From contig NZ_LN831039.1 in NCBI RefSeq assembly GCF_001457595.1, positions 5,910,001 to 5,942,000 of the forward strand: DNA of 32,000 nucleotides. Direction: 5' to 3'. Each line of letters starts with the position of its first letter. Position 1 is the stretch's first letter. Position numbers and translations under genes: made by a program. Origin of the DNA: Mycolicibacterium smegmatis (lineage in GTDB: Bacteria; Actinomycetota; Actinomycetes; Mycobacteriales; Mycobacteriaceae). Of this stretch, positions 1 to 9,069 are shown in pieces. The notes below the pieces were generated by a model that ran no database searches, was not told the origin of the DNA, and saw only the letters and a list, made by a program, of their open reading frames with translations.

Positions 1-144
1 GAGCCGGTAGCCACCCTTGAGCCGCGGCACCACCAGCAGTGACGCGGGCACACCGCGGGCATCGAGTTCGGCGCAGAACGTCGCGACCTCGTCCAGGGTG
101 CGGTGGCTGATCTGGGAGATCGAGACGATGAGTTGTCCGGTCAC
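1..144 (-). CDS. N-terminal part of a polysaccharide-deacetylase/DUF2334-like protein, running off the left edge
   Basis: Reverse-strand translation from GTG at 144: MTGQLIVSISQISHRTLDEVATFCAELDARGVPASLLVVPRLKGGYRL. Open to the window edge. Confidence 0.55.
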   Translation of the reverse strand, partial: MTGQLIVSISQISHRTLDEVATFCAELDARGVPASLLVVPRLKGGYRL

Positions 145-208
145 GACGCGAGTGTGGCGTCCCCAGGTGTCGCGATGGTTGCCGGCACCCGCACTGCGGG
201 TGTCCGGT

Positions 209-694
209 TTACGAAACGACCTTCTCGATCGCCTCGATCACCTCAGGCGCGTCCGGTTCTGTGCGGGGCCGGAACCGGTTGACGACGGTGCCATCGGCGG
301 CCAGCAGGAACTTCTCGAAGTTCCACTGGATGTCGCCCGCCTCGCCACCGGCGTCGGGGGTCTCGGTCAGTGCGGCGTACAGCGGGTGGCGCTCTGCGCC
401 GTTGACGTCGGTCTTGGCCAGCAACGGGAACGTCACGCCGTAGGTGGTCGAACAGAACGTCTGAATTTCCTCGGCCGTGCCCGGTTCCTGTCCCATGAAT
501 TGGTTACAGGGCACACCGATCACCGTGAGGCCGCGGTCACCGTATTCCTGCGCGAGTTTCTCCAGTGCGCTGTATTGCGGTGTCAGACCGCATTTCGAGG
601 CGACGTTGACGACGAGTGCGGCCCCGGGGGCCAACTCGCCGAGCGTGGTCTGCTTGCCGTCGAGGGTGGTCAAGTTGATGTTCTTGAGGCTCAC
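209..694 (-). CDS. Glutathione peroxidase family protein
   Basis: MSLKNINLTTLDGKQTTLGELAPGAALVVNVASKCGLTPQY...VIGVPCNQFMGQEPG...WNFEKFLL: NVASKCG, PCNQF and WNFEKFL motifs. GTG start at 694 is preferred over the track's upstream start. Confidence 0.93.
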   Translation of the reverse strand: MSLKNINLTTLDGKQTTLGELAPGAALVVNVASKCGLTPQYSALEKLAQEYGDRGLTVIGVPCNQFMGQEPGTAEEIQTFCSTTYGVTFPLLAKTDVNGAERHPLYAALTETPDAGGEAGDIQWNFEKFLLAADGTVVNRFRPRTEPDAPEVIEAIEKVVS

Positions 695-713
695 CGGTGC
701 GACGCTACCGGAG

Positions 714-1259
714 TCAGCCGTCGAACAGGATGGCTCCCAGACGCTCGACCGTGGCGATCGGGTCACGGTCGGTGTCGATCGCGTCGTTGAGCCACAGCAG
801 CGAAAAACCGTGCACCATCGACCATGCCGCGAGCGCAGCCCCAGCCGGATCGTCCTTGGCCTTGGGGTCGTCGAGGGTGCCGACCCCGCGGTTGAGCTCG
901 GCACCCGCCGCCGAGGCGGCCGCGACGAGACCCGGGTCGGTGTCGTCGTACAGCGACTTGTCGAACATGACCGCGTAGTGGCCCGGATGATCGAGCGCGA
1001 AGCGCACATACGCCTTGGCGGCGTCGATGAACTGCCCGCGCACGTCTTTCAGCGCGTCGGCCAGCAGTTGGTACCCCTCGGTGGCCAGCGCGGTGAACAG
1101 GCCGCGCCGGTCGGTGAAATGGTGCGCCGGCGCGGCGTGAGAGACCCCCGCGGTGCGCGCGAGTTCGCGCAGCGAGATGCCGTCCGCTCCGCGCTCGGCC
1201 ACCAGCGTCGCCGCGTGCTGCAGGATCACAGCCTTGAGGTCGCCATGGTGGTACGCCAT
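714..1259 (-). CDS. TetR family transcriptional regulator
   Basis: MAYHHGDLKAVILQHAATLVAERGADGISLRELARTAGVSHAAPAHHFTDRRGLFTALATEGY: typical TetR N-terminal HTH. ATG at 1259. Confidence 0.92.
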   Translation of the reverse strand: MAYHHGDLKAVILQHAATLVAERGADGISLRELARTAGVSHAAPAHHFTDRRGLFTALATEGYQLLADALKDVRGQFIDAAKAYVRFALDHPGHYAVMFDKSLYDDTDPGLVAAASAAGAELNRGVGTLDDPKAKDDPAGAALAAWSMVHGFSLLWLNDAIDTDRDPIATVERLGAILFDG

Positions 1260-1347
1260 ACCGACGATCCTATCGAACCAATCTTGACAGTGCCTAAATC
1301 GACGCGCACAATCGCAGGATCTAGCCACTGACAAGATTGGATGGAGC

Positions 1348-1797
1348 ATGGCGGTATTCGCGACACTGGTGCTCGGCACCGTCATCGCCAGGATCGTGGG
1401 ACTGCTCGGCGTCGCCTACGTCGACACGTGGTCGTCGGCGGCCGCGGTCGGCCTGGCCGCGATGTTCGCGCTGACCGGGATCGCCCACTTCGTCGATCCG
1501 TTGCGCCGCGACATGATCGCGATCGTGCCGCCGCGCCTGCCCGCGCCGGGACTGCTGGTCACCGTCACCGGCGCGCTCGAACTCCTCGGCGCGGCAGGCC
1601 TGCTGTACCCGCCGACGCGCGTCGCGGCCGCGGTGTGCCTGTTCGTGTTGATGCTGGCCATGTTCCCGGCCAACGTCTACGCCGCGCGGATGCCCGATCC
1701 GCCCAAGTCGATGACGTCGAAGCTAGGTGTCCGGACCGCCGAAGAGGGCGTCTACCTGGCCGCTGCCGTACTGGTCGCGATCGGCGGCGGCCAATAG
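1348..1797 (+). CDS. DoxX-like integral membrane protein
   Basis: 149 aa with about 4 hydrophobic helices, 'AAMFALTGIAHFVDPLRRDM...GALELLGAAGLLYPPTR', typical of DoxX-like proteins. Alternative upstream starts are possible. Confidence 0.75.
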   Translation: MAVFATLVLGTVIARIVGLLGVAYVDTWSSAAAVGLAAMFALTGIAHFVDPLRRDMIAIVPPRLPAPGLLVTVTGALELLGAAGLLYPPTRVAAAVCLFVLMLAMFPANVYAARMPDPPKSMTSKLGVRTAEEGVYLAAAVLVAIGGGQ

Positions 1798-3879
1798 CCA
1801 CGCGTACTGGAACGCGGCCTCGCGCCACCGCTCGTAGCGTCCGCTCAGCCCACCGTGGCCCGCCACCATCTCGGTCTTGAGCAGCACCGGGTTGTTGTCG
1901 GTCTTGGTGTGACGAAGCGCGGCAACCCATTTCGCCGGTTCGACGTAGTACACGCGGGTGTCGTTGAGCGACGTCATCGCCAGGATCGGCGGATAGTCCT
2001 GCGTCGTGACGTTCTCGTACGGCGAGTACGACTTCATGTACCGGTACACCTCGGGGTCCTCCAGCGGGTTGCCCCACTCGTCCCATTCGGTGACCGTCAG
2101 CGGCAGGGACGGGTCGAGGATCGTGGTGAGCGCGTCGACGAACGGCACCTGCGCCAGGATCCCTGCGAACAGGTCCGGCGCCATGTTGGCCACCGCACCC
2201 ATCAGCAGGCCACCCGCGCTGCCGCCGAGTGCCACCAGGTTCTGCGGGCGCGTGAGCCCCTGGTCGATGAGATGGCGTGCGACCGCGATGAAGTCGGTGA
2301 AGGTGTTCTTCTTCTCCAGCAGCTTGCCGTGCTCGTACCACGACCGGCCCAGCTCACCGCCGCCGCGGACGTGCGCGATCGCGAACACCATGCCGCGGTC
2401 CAAGAGCGACAGCCGCGCGATCGAGAATCGCGGATCCTCGCACGACTCGTAGGCGCCGTAACCGTAGAGCAGCGTCGGCGCCGGGAACTGCACACCGGCG
2501 CGGTGCACGATCGAGATCGGCACACGCGCACCGTCTTCGGCGATCGCCCAGTCGCGGCGCTCCACGTAGTCCTCGGGGCGGTAACCGCCCAGGACGGGCT
2601 GCTCACGCAGCAGGGTCCGCTCGCCGGTCGCCAGATCCAGGTCGTACACCCGCGCCGGGGTGATGAACGACGTCGCCGCGATACGCAGCTTGGGTGTCGA
2701 CCAGTTCGGGTTGCCGGCCAGGCCCGCCGCGGTGAGCTCGGAGGCGAACGTGATCTCCTGCGCGCGGCCGTATTCGCCGTCGGCGTTGATCGGCCAGAGC
2801 TGGATCTTCGGCAGCGCCTCGCTGCGGTAGCTCACCACCAGGAAACCGTCGAACGCGTCGACCGCGTCGAGGCGCACATCGTCGCGGTGCGCGATGAGCG
2901 TGCGGAAGTCGTTCGGATCGCTGACCGGGGCGTCGACCAGCATGAAGTTCTCGGCACCGTCGTTGTGCAGGATCAGGAACCGATCCTCGCCACCGACCAC
3001 CGCGTGCTCGACGGAGTACTCCACCAGGTCGCGGCGTCCCCACACCGAGGTGAACTCGGCCTGCGGATCGGTCGCGTCGCCGTAGCGCACCTCGGACGTC
3101 ACGGCACTGCCCGCGGCGATGAACACGTACTTGTCGCTGCGGCTGCGCCCGATGCCCACCCAGAACCGTTCATCGGGCTCGTGATACACCCGCTCACCCG
3201 GCAGACCCGCGCCAAGGCGGTGGCGCCACACGGTGTCCGGGCGCCACGCGTCGTCCACGGTCGTGTAGTAGAACGTCCGGTTGTCGGCCGCCCAGATGCC
3301 GCCCGCACCGATCCCGGTGATCGTGTCGTCGTACAGCTCACCGGTGTGAAGATCCTTGAACCGCAACGTGTACCGCTCGTCACCCAGGACGTCGACCGAG
3401 TAGGCCAGGGTGTTGCCGTCCAGGCTCACCGTCGCCGCGCCCAGTGCGAAGTACTCGTGCCCGTCGGCCTCGACGTTCTCGTCGAGCAGGATCTGCTCGC
3501 CCGGAACCTCGGTGTGCTCGTCGAAGGTCGGCGGCGTCCAGTCGTCGGGATCGCTGACCGGGCACCGGCAGTGCACGGCGTACTGCTTGCCCTCGAAGCT
3601 GCGCGCGTAGTACCACCACGGGCCGCGACGCATCGGCACCGACAGATCGGTCTCCTTGGTGCGGGCCTTGATCTCGTCGAAGATCTTCTGCCGCAACGGC
3701 TCCAGATGCGCCGTGACGGACGCGGTGTAGGCGTTCTCGGCCTCCAGGTAGCCGATCACCTCGGGGTCGTCCTTGTCGCGCAACCACTCGTACGGATCGA
3801 TGAACACATCGCCGTGGTGCTCACGACGGTGGTTGAGCCGCTTGGCGACCGGGGGTTCCACAGGCTGCTGCTCGCTCAT
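1723..3879 (-). CDS. ptrB: Oligopeptidase B / protease II (prolyl oligopeptidase family, S9A)
   Basis: 718 aa from ATG at 3879; [31 protein letters not shown] at N-term, catalytic Ser motif [25 protein letters not shown] and [10 protein letters not shown]. The track ORF to 4467 is an over-extension into purC. Confidence 0.95.
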
Positions 3880-4775
3880 GCACCGATCCAATCGTCGAAA
3901 CTGAGACCCGAGATGCGTTCGTAGGCCTCGATGTACCGCTCGCGCGTGGCCGCGACGATGTCGTCGGGCAGCGCAGGTGGCGGGGTGTTGCCGTGGCGGT
4001 CCCAGCCCGACTCCGGGCCGGTGAGCCAGTTGCGTACGAACTGCTTGTCGAAGCTGTTCTGCACCACGCCCGGCTGGTAGCTGTCGGCGCGCCAGTAGCG
4101 CGACGAGTCGGGCGTGAACACCTCGTCGGCCAGCACCACGGTGCCGTCCCTGTCGACACCGAACTCGAACTTGGTGTCGGCGATGATGATCCCCTTGCTC
4201 AGCGCATGGTCGGCGCCGGCGGTGTAGGTCTGCAGCGTGCGGTCGCGCAGCTGGTTGGCCAGCTCCGCGCCCACCAGCTCGATCACCTTCGCGAACGAGA
4301 TGTTCTCGTCGTGCTCGCCGATCTCGGCCTTGGTGGCCGGGGTGAACAACGGCTCGTCGAACTTGCTCGCCTCCCCCAGCCCGGGCGGCAGCGCGATGCC
4401 GCACACCGTGCCCGTCTTCTCGTAATCGATCAATCCCGAGCCGGTCAGATAGCCGCGCGCCACGCACTCGACCGGCAGCATGTCCAGGCGGCGCACCACG
4501 AGCGCGCGGCCCAGCACGTCGGCGGGGATGCGCTCGTCGTCGGGCGGGCCTGCGAGGTGGTTGGGCACACCCGCCGTTCGCAGCAGGTGGTCGAAGAAGA
4601 ACACGCTCATCGCGGTCAGGATCCGGCCCTTGTCCGGGATCTGGGAATCCAGGATGTAGTCATAGGCCGAAATCCGGTCGCTGGCCACAAAGAGCAGGTG
4701 CTCGTCGTCGATGCGGTAGATCTCGCGGACTTTGCCGCTGGCCAGGTGTTGGTAGTCGGACAGAGCAGGGCGCAT
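3876..4775 (-). CDS. purC: Phosphoribosylaminoimidazole-succinocarboxamide synthase
   Basis: [40 protein letters not shown]...[21 protein letters not shown]...[10 protein letters not shown]...LTPDSSRYW-type motifs of SAICAR synthase; 4-nt ATGA overlap with ptrB. Confidence 0.97.
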
Positions 4776-4805
4776 TCGGCCAGCCTATGTGTTGGGATCG
4801 GGTCC

Positions 4806-5429
4806 ATGAGATCGCGGTACCTGCCCTATGCCAGCAGACCGGGCCGATTGCTCGCACAGTTGTTCAGCGATGTGGCGGTGATCCTGTGGACCGCGATATG
4901 GGTGCTGGTGGGCATGGCCGTGCACTCCGCGGTGTCGACGATCGCCGAGGTCGGGCGGCAGGTGGAGACCGGAGCCAACGGTGTGTCGGAAAACCTCAGC
5001 TCAGCCGGGGACAGCACCGACAACGTGCCGCTGATCGGCGACACGCTGAGCAAGCCGCTGCGCGCGGCCAGTGACGCGGCTCTCGACATCGCGGGCGCCG
5101 GGCACAACCTCGACTCCACCGCGAGTTGGCTCGCGTGGGTGCTCGCGCTGGCCGTCGCCGCCGCGCCCATCCTGTTCGTCGCCATGCCCTGGCTGTATCT
5201 GCGCGTGCGATTCTTCCGGCGCAAGTGGACCGCGATCACGCTGGCGTCCACGGCCGCGGGAGAACAGTTGCTCGCGTTGCGAGCCCTGGCCAACCGGCCG
5301 CTGAGCAAGCTCACCGCGGTCTCCGACGACCCGGTCGGCGCCTTCCAGCGCCAGGATCAGGCCGCGATCCGCGGGCTCGCGGCCCTCGAACTGCGTTCGG
5401 CGGGCATGCGCCTGCGCCGCATCCCGTGA
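4806..5429 (+). CDS. Conserved mycobacterial transmembrane protein (Rv0779c-like)
   Basis: 207 aa from ATG 4806; two hydrophobic segments (VAVILWTAIWVLVGMAVHSAV; WLAWVLALAVAAAPILFVAMPWLYLRV). Position next to purC matches Rv0779c synteny. Confidence 0.8.
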   Translation: MRSRYLPYASRPGRLLAQLFSDVAVILWTAIWVLVGMAVHSAVSTIAEVGRQVETGANGVSENLSSAGDSTDNVPLIGDTLSKPLRAASDAALDIAGAGHNLDSTASWLAWVLALAVAAAPILFVAMPWLYLRVRFFRRKWTAITLASTAAGEQLLALRALANRPLSKLTAVSDDPVGAFQRQDQAAIRGLAALELRSAGMRLRRIP

Positions 5430-5476
5430 TTTGTGGAGTTTTTCCGTCGCTGAGCGCACGAAAAACTCCACAAATC
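5428..5476. repeat. Perfect 16-bp inverted repeat (hairpin), 17-nt spacer
   Basis: GATTTGTGGAGTTTTT (5428-5443) and its exact reverse complement AAAAACTCCACAAATC (5461-5476); begins inside the stop codon of the preceding gene. Confidence 0.9.
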
Positions 5477-5520
5477 GCTGGGGTGGAACCGGTTGAGGGG
5501 CTGGGACCGTCCAATGCTTT

Positions 5521-6420
5521 GTGATCGACGACTATCTGCGTGACCACGACGGCGTGATCACCCTTGCGCAGGCACGCGAGGCAGGCCTGAGCGAGAACTC
5601 CGTGCGGCGCAGGGTTCGGTCGGGGCGCTGGCTTCGCTGTTCGCGCGGCGTCTACTTCGCCACGGACCGTCCCTTCACCGATCAGGCCCGTATCCGTGTC
5701 GGCGTGTGGTCGTACGGTCCTCAGGCGACCGCGAGCGGGTTGGCTGCCGCGTGGTGGCTCGGCGTCACGAAGTATGCGCCCGAGATCGTCGAAGTGACCG
5801 CACCGCGTTCGAGTCGCCTGCAACACCGCCCGGGCACCAGGCTGCGCCGCCGGGATCTGTGGCCCACCGACGTCGTGGAGCGCAACGGTCTGCGGGTGAC
5901 GACGCTGCCACTGACCGTGGTGGAGGCGGCCGCGCGACGGGGTGGCGGCGCCAAGCTCATGGACTCAGCCCTTCAACGCCACGTCGAACTGCGTGAACTG
6001 TGGCGAGTCCACCTGCGCAACACGGGCAGGCATGGTTCACCCGCCGCGCGCCGGCTGTTGATCGCGGCCGACGACGGTGCCCGCTCGGCCGCCGAGCGCC
6101 TCCTGGTGAAGCTGCTGAAGGATGCCCGGATCATCGGCTGGAAGGCCAATCACCGCGTGGGCCGGTTCGTGGTGGACGTGGCGTTCCCCGCGGTGAAGGT
6201 CGCCATCGAGGCCGACGGCTGGGCGTTCCACAGTGATCAGGCGGACTTCCAGCACGACCGCATCAAGCAGAACGAGTTGACCTTGATGGGCTGGCTGCCG
6301 TTGCGGTTCACGTGGCTGGACCTCACCGAGTACCCGCAACGTGTGATCGCCGAGATCCGCTTCGCTATCGACTCCCGGACAGCCGCCGCAGCCACCTCGT
6401 ATACGAGTGCCGCACGGTGA
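5521..6420 (+). CDS. AbiEi-type antitoxin N-terminal domain fused to DUF559 (Vsr-like endonuclease fold) protein
   Basis: N-term MIDDYLRDHDGVITLAQAREAGLSENSVRRRVRSGRWLRCSRGVYFATDRP (AbiEi wHTH pattern). C-term RFVVDVAFPAVKVAIEADGWAFHSDQADFQHDRIKQNELTLMGWLPLRFTWLDLTEYPQRVIAEIR (DUF559 pattern). Confidence 0.85.
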   Translation: MIDDYLRDHDGVITLAQAREAGLSENSVRRRVRSGRWLRCSRGVYFATDRPFTDQARIRVGVWSYGPQATASGLAAAWWLGVTKYAPEIVEVTAPRSSRLQHRPGTRLRRRDLWPTDVVERNGLRVTTLPLTVVEAAARRGGGAKLMDSALQRHVELRELWRVHLRNTGRHGSPAARRLLIAADDGARSAAERLLVKLLKDARIIGWKANHRVGRFVVDVAFPAVKVAIEADGWAFHSDQADFQHDRIKQNELTLMGWLPLRFTWLDLTEYPQRVIAEIRFAIDSRTAAAATSYTSAAR

Positions 6421-6955
6421 CCGTGCCCATGCGCACCCGGCCCCGCACGACGAGGTGCAGATGCTCCGACGGCGGACTGGAGCGCACCTTGAGTGTGGCG
6501 TTGCCGGCGACCGGATGAACCCCGTTGAGATCGGCCGTGGCGTTGCCCGGCACGATCAGGGTGGTGGTACTGCAGTAGTCGTCGATCTCGATGTGCACCA
6601 CGCGCCCGGGAAGAACCGCGGACGTGAAATCCAGCGTGGTGTTGCACATCCTGGTGACGAGCCGCAGAGTCGGGGCGACGGTCCACTGCCCGCGGCGCTC
6701 GATGGTCGACATCCAGCTGCGCAGTTCCTCGGGTCGCCGCTGCACCGTGGGCGCCATGGGCGCCGTCGGGTCCGGCAGGTCCGCGAGGACGGCGTTGAGT
6801 TCCCCACGGGTGCGCGCGGCCAGGGCGATGTCGACGCGCTCGGTGAACTCGTCGAGCGTGAGCATGCCTGCCCCGACGGCACGTTCGAGGGCGTGCCTGA
6901 CCTGGGTGCGTTCGGCATCCGAGACTCGCAGATTGTCACCTGAGACCGGGTCCAT
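6365..6955 (-). CDS. DUF1707 domain protein
   Basis: MDPVSGDNLRVSDAERTQVRHALERAVGAGMLTLDEFTERVDIALAARTRGELNAVLADLP is the DUF1707 signature; C-term resembles an LiaF-like/predicted membrane-associated beta region. ATG 6955. Confidence 0.85.
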   Translation of the reverse strand: MDPVSGDNLRVSDAERTQVRHALERAVGAGMLTLDEFTERVDIALAARTRGELNAVLADLPDPTAPMAPTVQRRPEELRSWMSTIERRGQWTVAPTLRLVTRMCNTTLDFTSAVLPGRVVHIEIDDYCSTTTLIVPGNATADLNGVHPVAGNATLKVRSSPPSEHLHLVVRGRVRMGTVTVRHSYTRWLRRLSGSR

Positions 6956-6975
6956 GTTCCCCAAGGGTAGGTGAC

Positions 6976-7851
6976 TCAGCGGGGCACCCGCGTTGCCACG
7001 GCCATCAGCCACGCGGCAAACGCGATACCGAAGAACACCTGCGACACCACAACCAGTGGATGCCAACCGGTTTCGCCCGCGACGGCAAACGATGCGGCGG
7101 AGTACATGCCGAGCGGGAACACCGCGGGCCAGTTGTTGAGCTGCCGCCAGCCCGTGAGTGCCAACGGCACGATCTGCACCGAAGCGACGCCCAGCGTGAC
7201 CACGGTGACCGCGAGCACGGCGTCGGCGATCGGGCCAGGGTGCAGCGTGGAGTGGATGTGCTCGCCGGCCAGGGTCGCGATCGCCGCGGCGCCCATCAGG
7301 ATCCAGTGATCGGCGGGCACGTTGCGCCGCGTCTCGGGTTCGACGAGGCCCCGCCACGCGACCAGACCGGTCATCACCACGTACACGCACATCGCCAGCA
7401 CCCACAGAGACATCGCCGCGAAGAGGTTTCCGCCGGCCATGAAGACGATCGCCAGCCCGGATGTCGCGACGCTGGCCAGTTCCCACAGGCCGCGGGCACG
7501 ATCACGCATGCCGGTCAGGCCCAACCGCCGCATGCGGCGAATGACCATCGGCGCCAGCGACACCCAGCCCGCCGTCGCGAGCGGGCCGAACACCCAGACG
7601 CTCCACCCGTATTCGTGCAACCGCGCGGTGAGCACGGCACACGCGGCCACGTAGGTGTACAACGACATCACGATGTCGATGTCACCGATGTCGAATGTTC
7701 GCCACCGCGCCGCGGTCAGGTACATCAGCACCGGCAGCGCGAGCAACGCCAGCACCGCGAGCGGGGCACTGATCACGCCGAGGTGGTGGTCGGCCGCGGC
7801 GATGGACACGATGCCGGTGGCCATGACCACCGCGAACACATTGGGTTTCAC
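6976..7851 (-). CDS. Tellurite-resistance/dicarboxylate transporter (TDT, SLAC1-like) family membrane protein
   Basis: [22 protein letters not shown]...[16 protein letters not shown], multiple TM helices, [12 protein letters not shown] start at 7851 forms a 4-nt GTGA overlap with the upstream P450. Confidence 0.82.
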   Translation of the reverse strand: MKPNVFAVVMATGIVSIAAADHHLGVISAPLAVLALLALPVLMYLTAARWRTFDIGDIDIVMSLYTYVAACAVLTARLHEYGWSVWVFGPLATAGWVSLAPMVIRRMRRLGLTGMRDRARGLWELASVATSGLAIVFMAGGNLFAAMSLWVLAMCVYVVMTGLVAWRGLVEPETRRNVPADHWILMGAAAIATLAGEHIHSTLHPGPIADAVLAVTVVTLGVASVQIVPLALTGWRQLNNWPAVFPLGMYSAASFAVAGETGWHPLVVVSQVFFGIAFAAWLMAVATRVPR

Positions 7852-9053
7852 GCGTCGAACTCGACCACCAGGTGGCGGATCCCGGTATGGCGGTTGCTGC
7901 GCGTCCACTCGACGGGTTTGACCAGACGCGCCGCCGAGAACCGGCGCAGCAGTTCCTCGAACAGCACCCGCAACTCCAGGCGTGCGAGGTTGGCGCCCAG
8001 GCAGTAGTGCACACCCTGACCGAAACCCAGGTGCGGATTGGGTTTTCGTGTGATGTCGAAGACGTCGGGATCGGTGAAGACCAGCGGATCCCGGTTCGCC
8101 GAGCCCTCCCAGATCTGCACCTTGTCGCCCGCGGCGATCCGGCAGCCACCCAGTTCGACATCGCGTGTCGCGGTGCGGCGCTTCGACGGTGACGGCGACG
8201 TCCAGCGCACCATCTCCTCGACCGCGGTGGGCAGCAACGCGAGATCCGCGCGTAGCAAAGCCATTTGCGACGGATGCTCGATGAGCGCGAGCAGCCCTCC
8301 TGCCACGGCGTTGCGGGTGGTCTCGGCACCCGCGCTGAACAGCAGGCTGAAGAACAGATACAACTCCAGGTCGGACAACTCGGCATCATGAGCGTTCGCC
8401 ACGACCGACAGCATGTCGTCGGTCGGCGCCGCTCGTTTGGCGGCGATCAGTTCCATGCCGTAGCGGTACATGCGGTTACCGGCCTCTTCGGGTGTCAACT
8501 GCCCCACCGAGGCCGTGCGGGAACCGGAGAAGTCGAACTGCGGCTCGATCGCGTGAAACAGCCAATGACGTTCGGATTCCGGCACTCCCAGCAGGATGCA
8601 GATCATCTGCATGGGCAGTTCCGCGGCCACCTCCACCAGGAAGTCCAGCGGCACGCCGGGTTCGACGGCGTCGAGCAGGCGCCGCGCGCGGACCCGCAGG
8701 TCCTCTTCCACGCGCGCGATCATGCGCGGGGTCAGCCCTGAGCTCACCAGGCGCCGGATCTGGGCGTGGCGCGGATCGTCCATCATGTTGAGCACCTGCC
8801 CGGCGATGGCCAGGTCCTGCAACAGGGTCCCGCCGTAGGGCCGTGACCCGCCGGTCACCGACGAGAACGTCACCGGATCACGAAGCACGGCAAGGGTTTC
8901 TGCGTACGTCGCGACCGACCAGAAGCCCTCGCCGTCCGGCGTGTGCTCGGTGGGTTCGTGCCAGTACACGGGTGCCTCACGCCGGTGGGCCTCGAACAGC
9001 GCGTGAGGAAACCCGTCGGCGAAGTTGTCGAGGTCGGTGAGGTCGGCCCGCAT
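7848..9053 (-). CDS. Cytochrome P450 (CYP126-like)
   Basis: 401 aa; I-helix SAGAETTRN, heme-ligand motif [19 protein letters not shown]; syntenic with cyp126 between purB and purC in M. tuberculosis. Confidence 0.93.
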   Translation of the reverse strand: MRADLTDLDNFADGFPHALFEAHRREAPVYWHEPTEHTPDGEGFWSVATYAETLAVLRDPVTFSSVTGGSRPYGGTLLQDLAIAGQVLNMMDDPRHAQIRRLVSSGLTPRMIARVEEDLRVRARRLLDAVEPGVPLDFLVEVAAELPMQMICILLGVPESERHWLFHAIEPQFDFSGSRTASVGQLTPEEAGNRMYRYGMELIAAKRAAPTDDMLSVVANAHDAELSDLELYLFFSLLFSAGAETTRNAVAGGLLALIEHPSQMALLRADLALLPTAVEEMVRWTSPSPSKRRTATRDVELGGCRIAAGDKVQIWEGSANRDPLVFTDPDVFDITRKPNPHLGFGQGVHYCLGANLARLELRVLFEELLRRFSAARLVKPVEWTRSNRHTGIRHLVVEFDA

Positions 9054-9069
9054 CAGATCACAATATTGC

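Noticed and set aside
1855-3924. 689-aa + strand ORF opposite oligopeptidase B
   Set aside because: Arg/Val/His-rich mirror translation typical of high-GC antisense; the minus-strand PtrB has all catalytic motifs.
3993-4805. N-terminal extension of the 3993..5429 ORF
   Set aside because: It is antisense to purC; the real gene starts at ATG 4806 where a hydrophobic, membrane-protein-like sequence begins.
5311-5826. Minus-strand 171-aa ORF with a repeated-looking segment (ALDGPSPSTGSTPAICGVFRALSDGKTPQ)
   Set aside because: It spans the inverted repeat and antisense of two real genes; no domain features, so treated as spurious.
5521-6420. Interpretation as a complete type IV (AbiE) toxin-antitoxin or new defence island
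   Set aside because: Only a single gene; no AbiEii nucleotidyltransferase or other defence gene nearby. Kept only as an orphan fusion protein of interest.
6407-8007. ORFs 6407..6943, 6591..6974 and 7060..8007 on the + strand
   Set aside because: Antisense shadows of the DUF1707 and TDT genes with biased composition.
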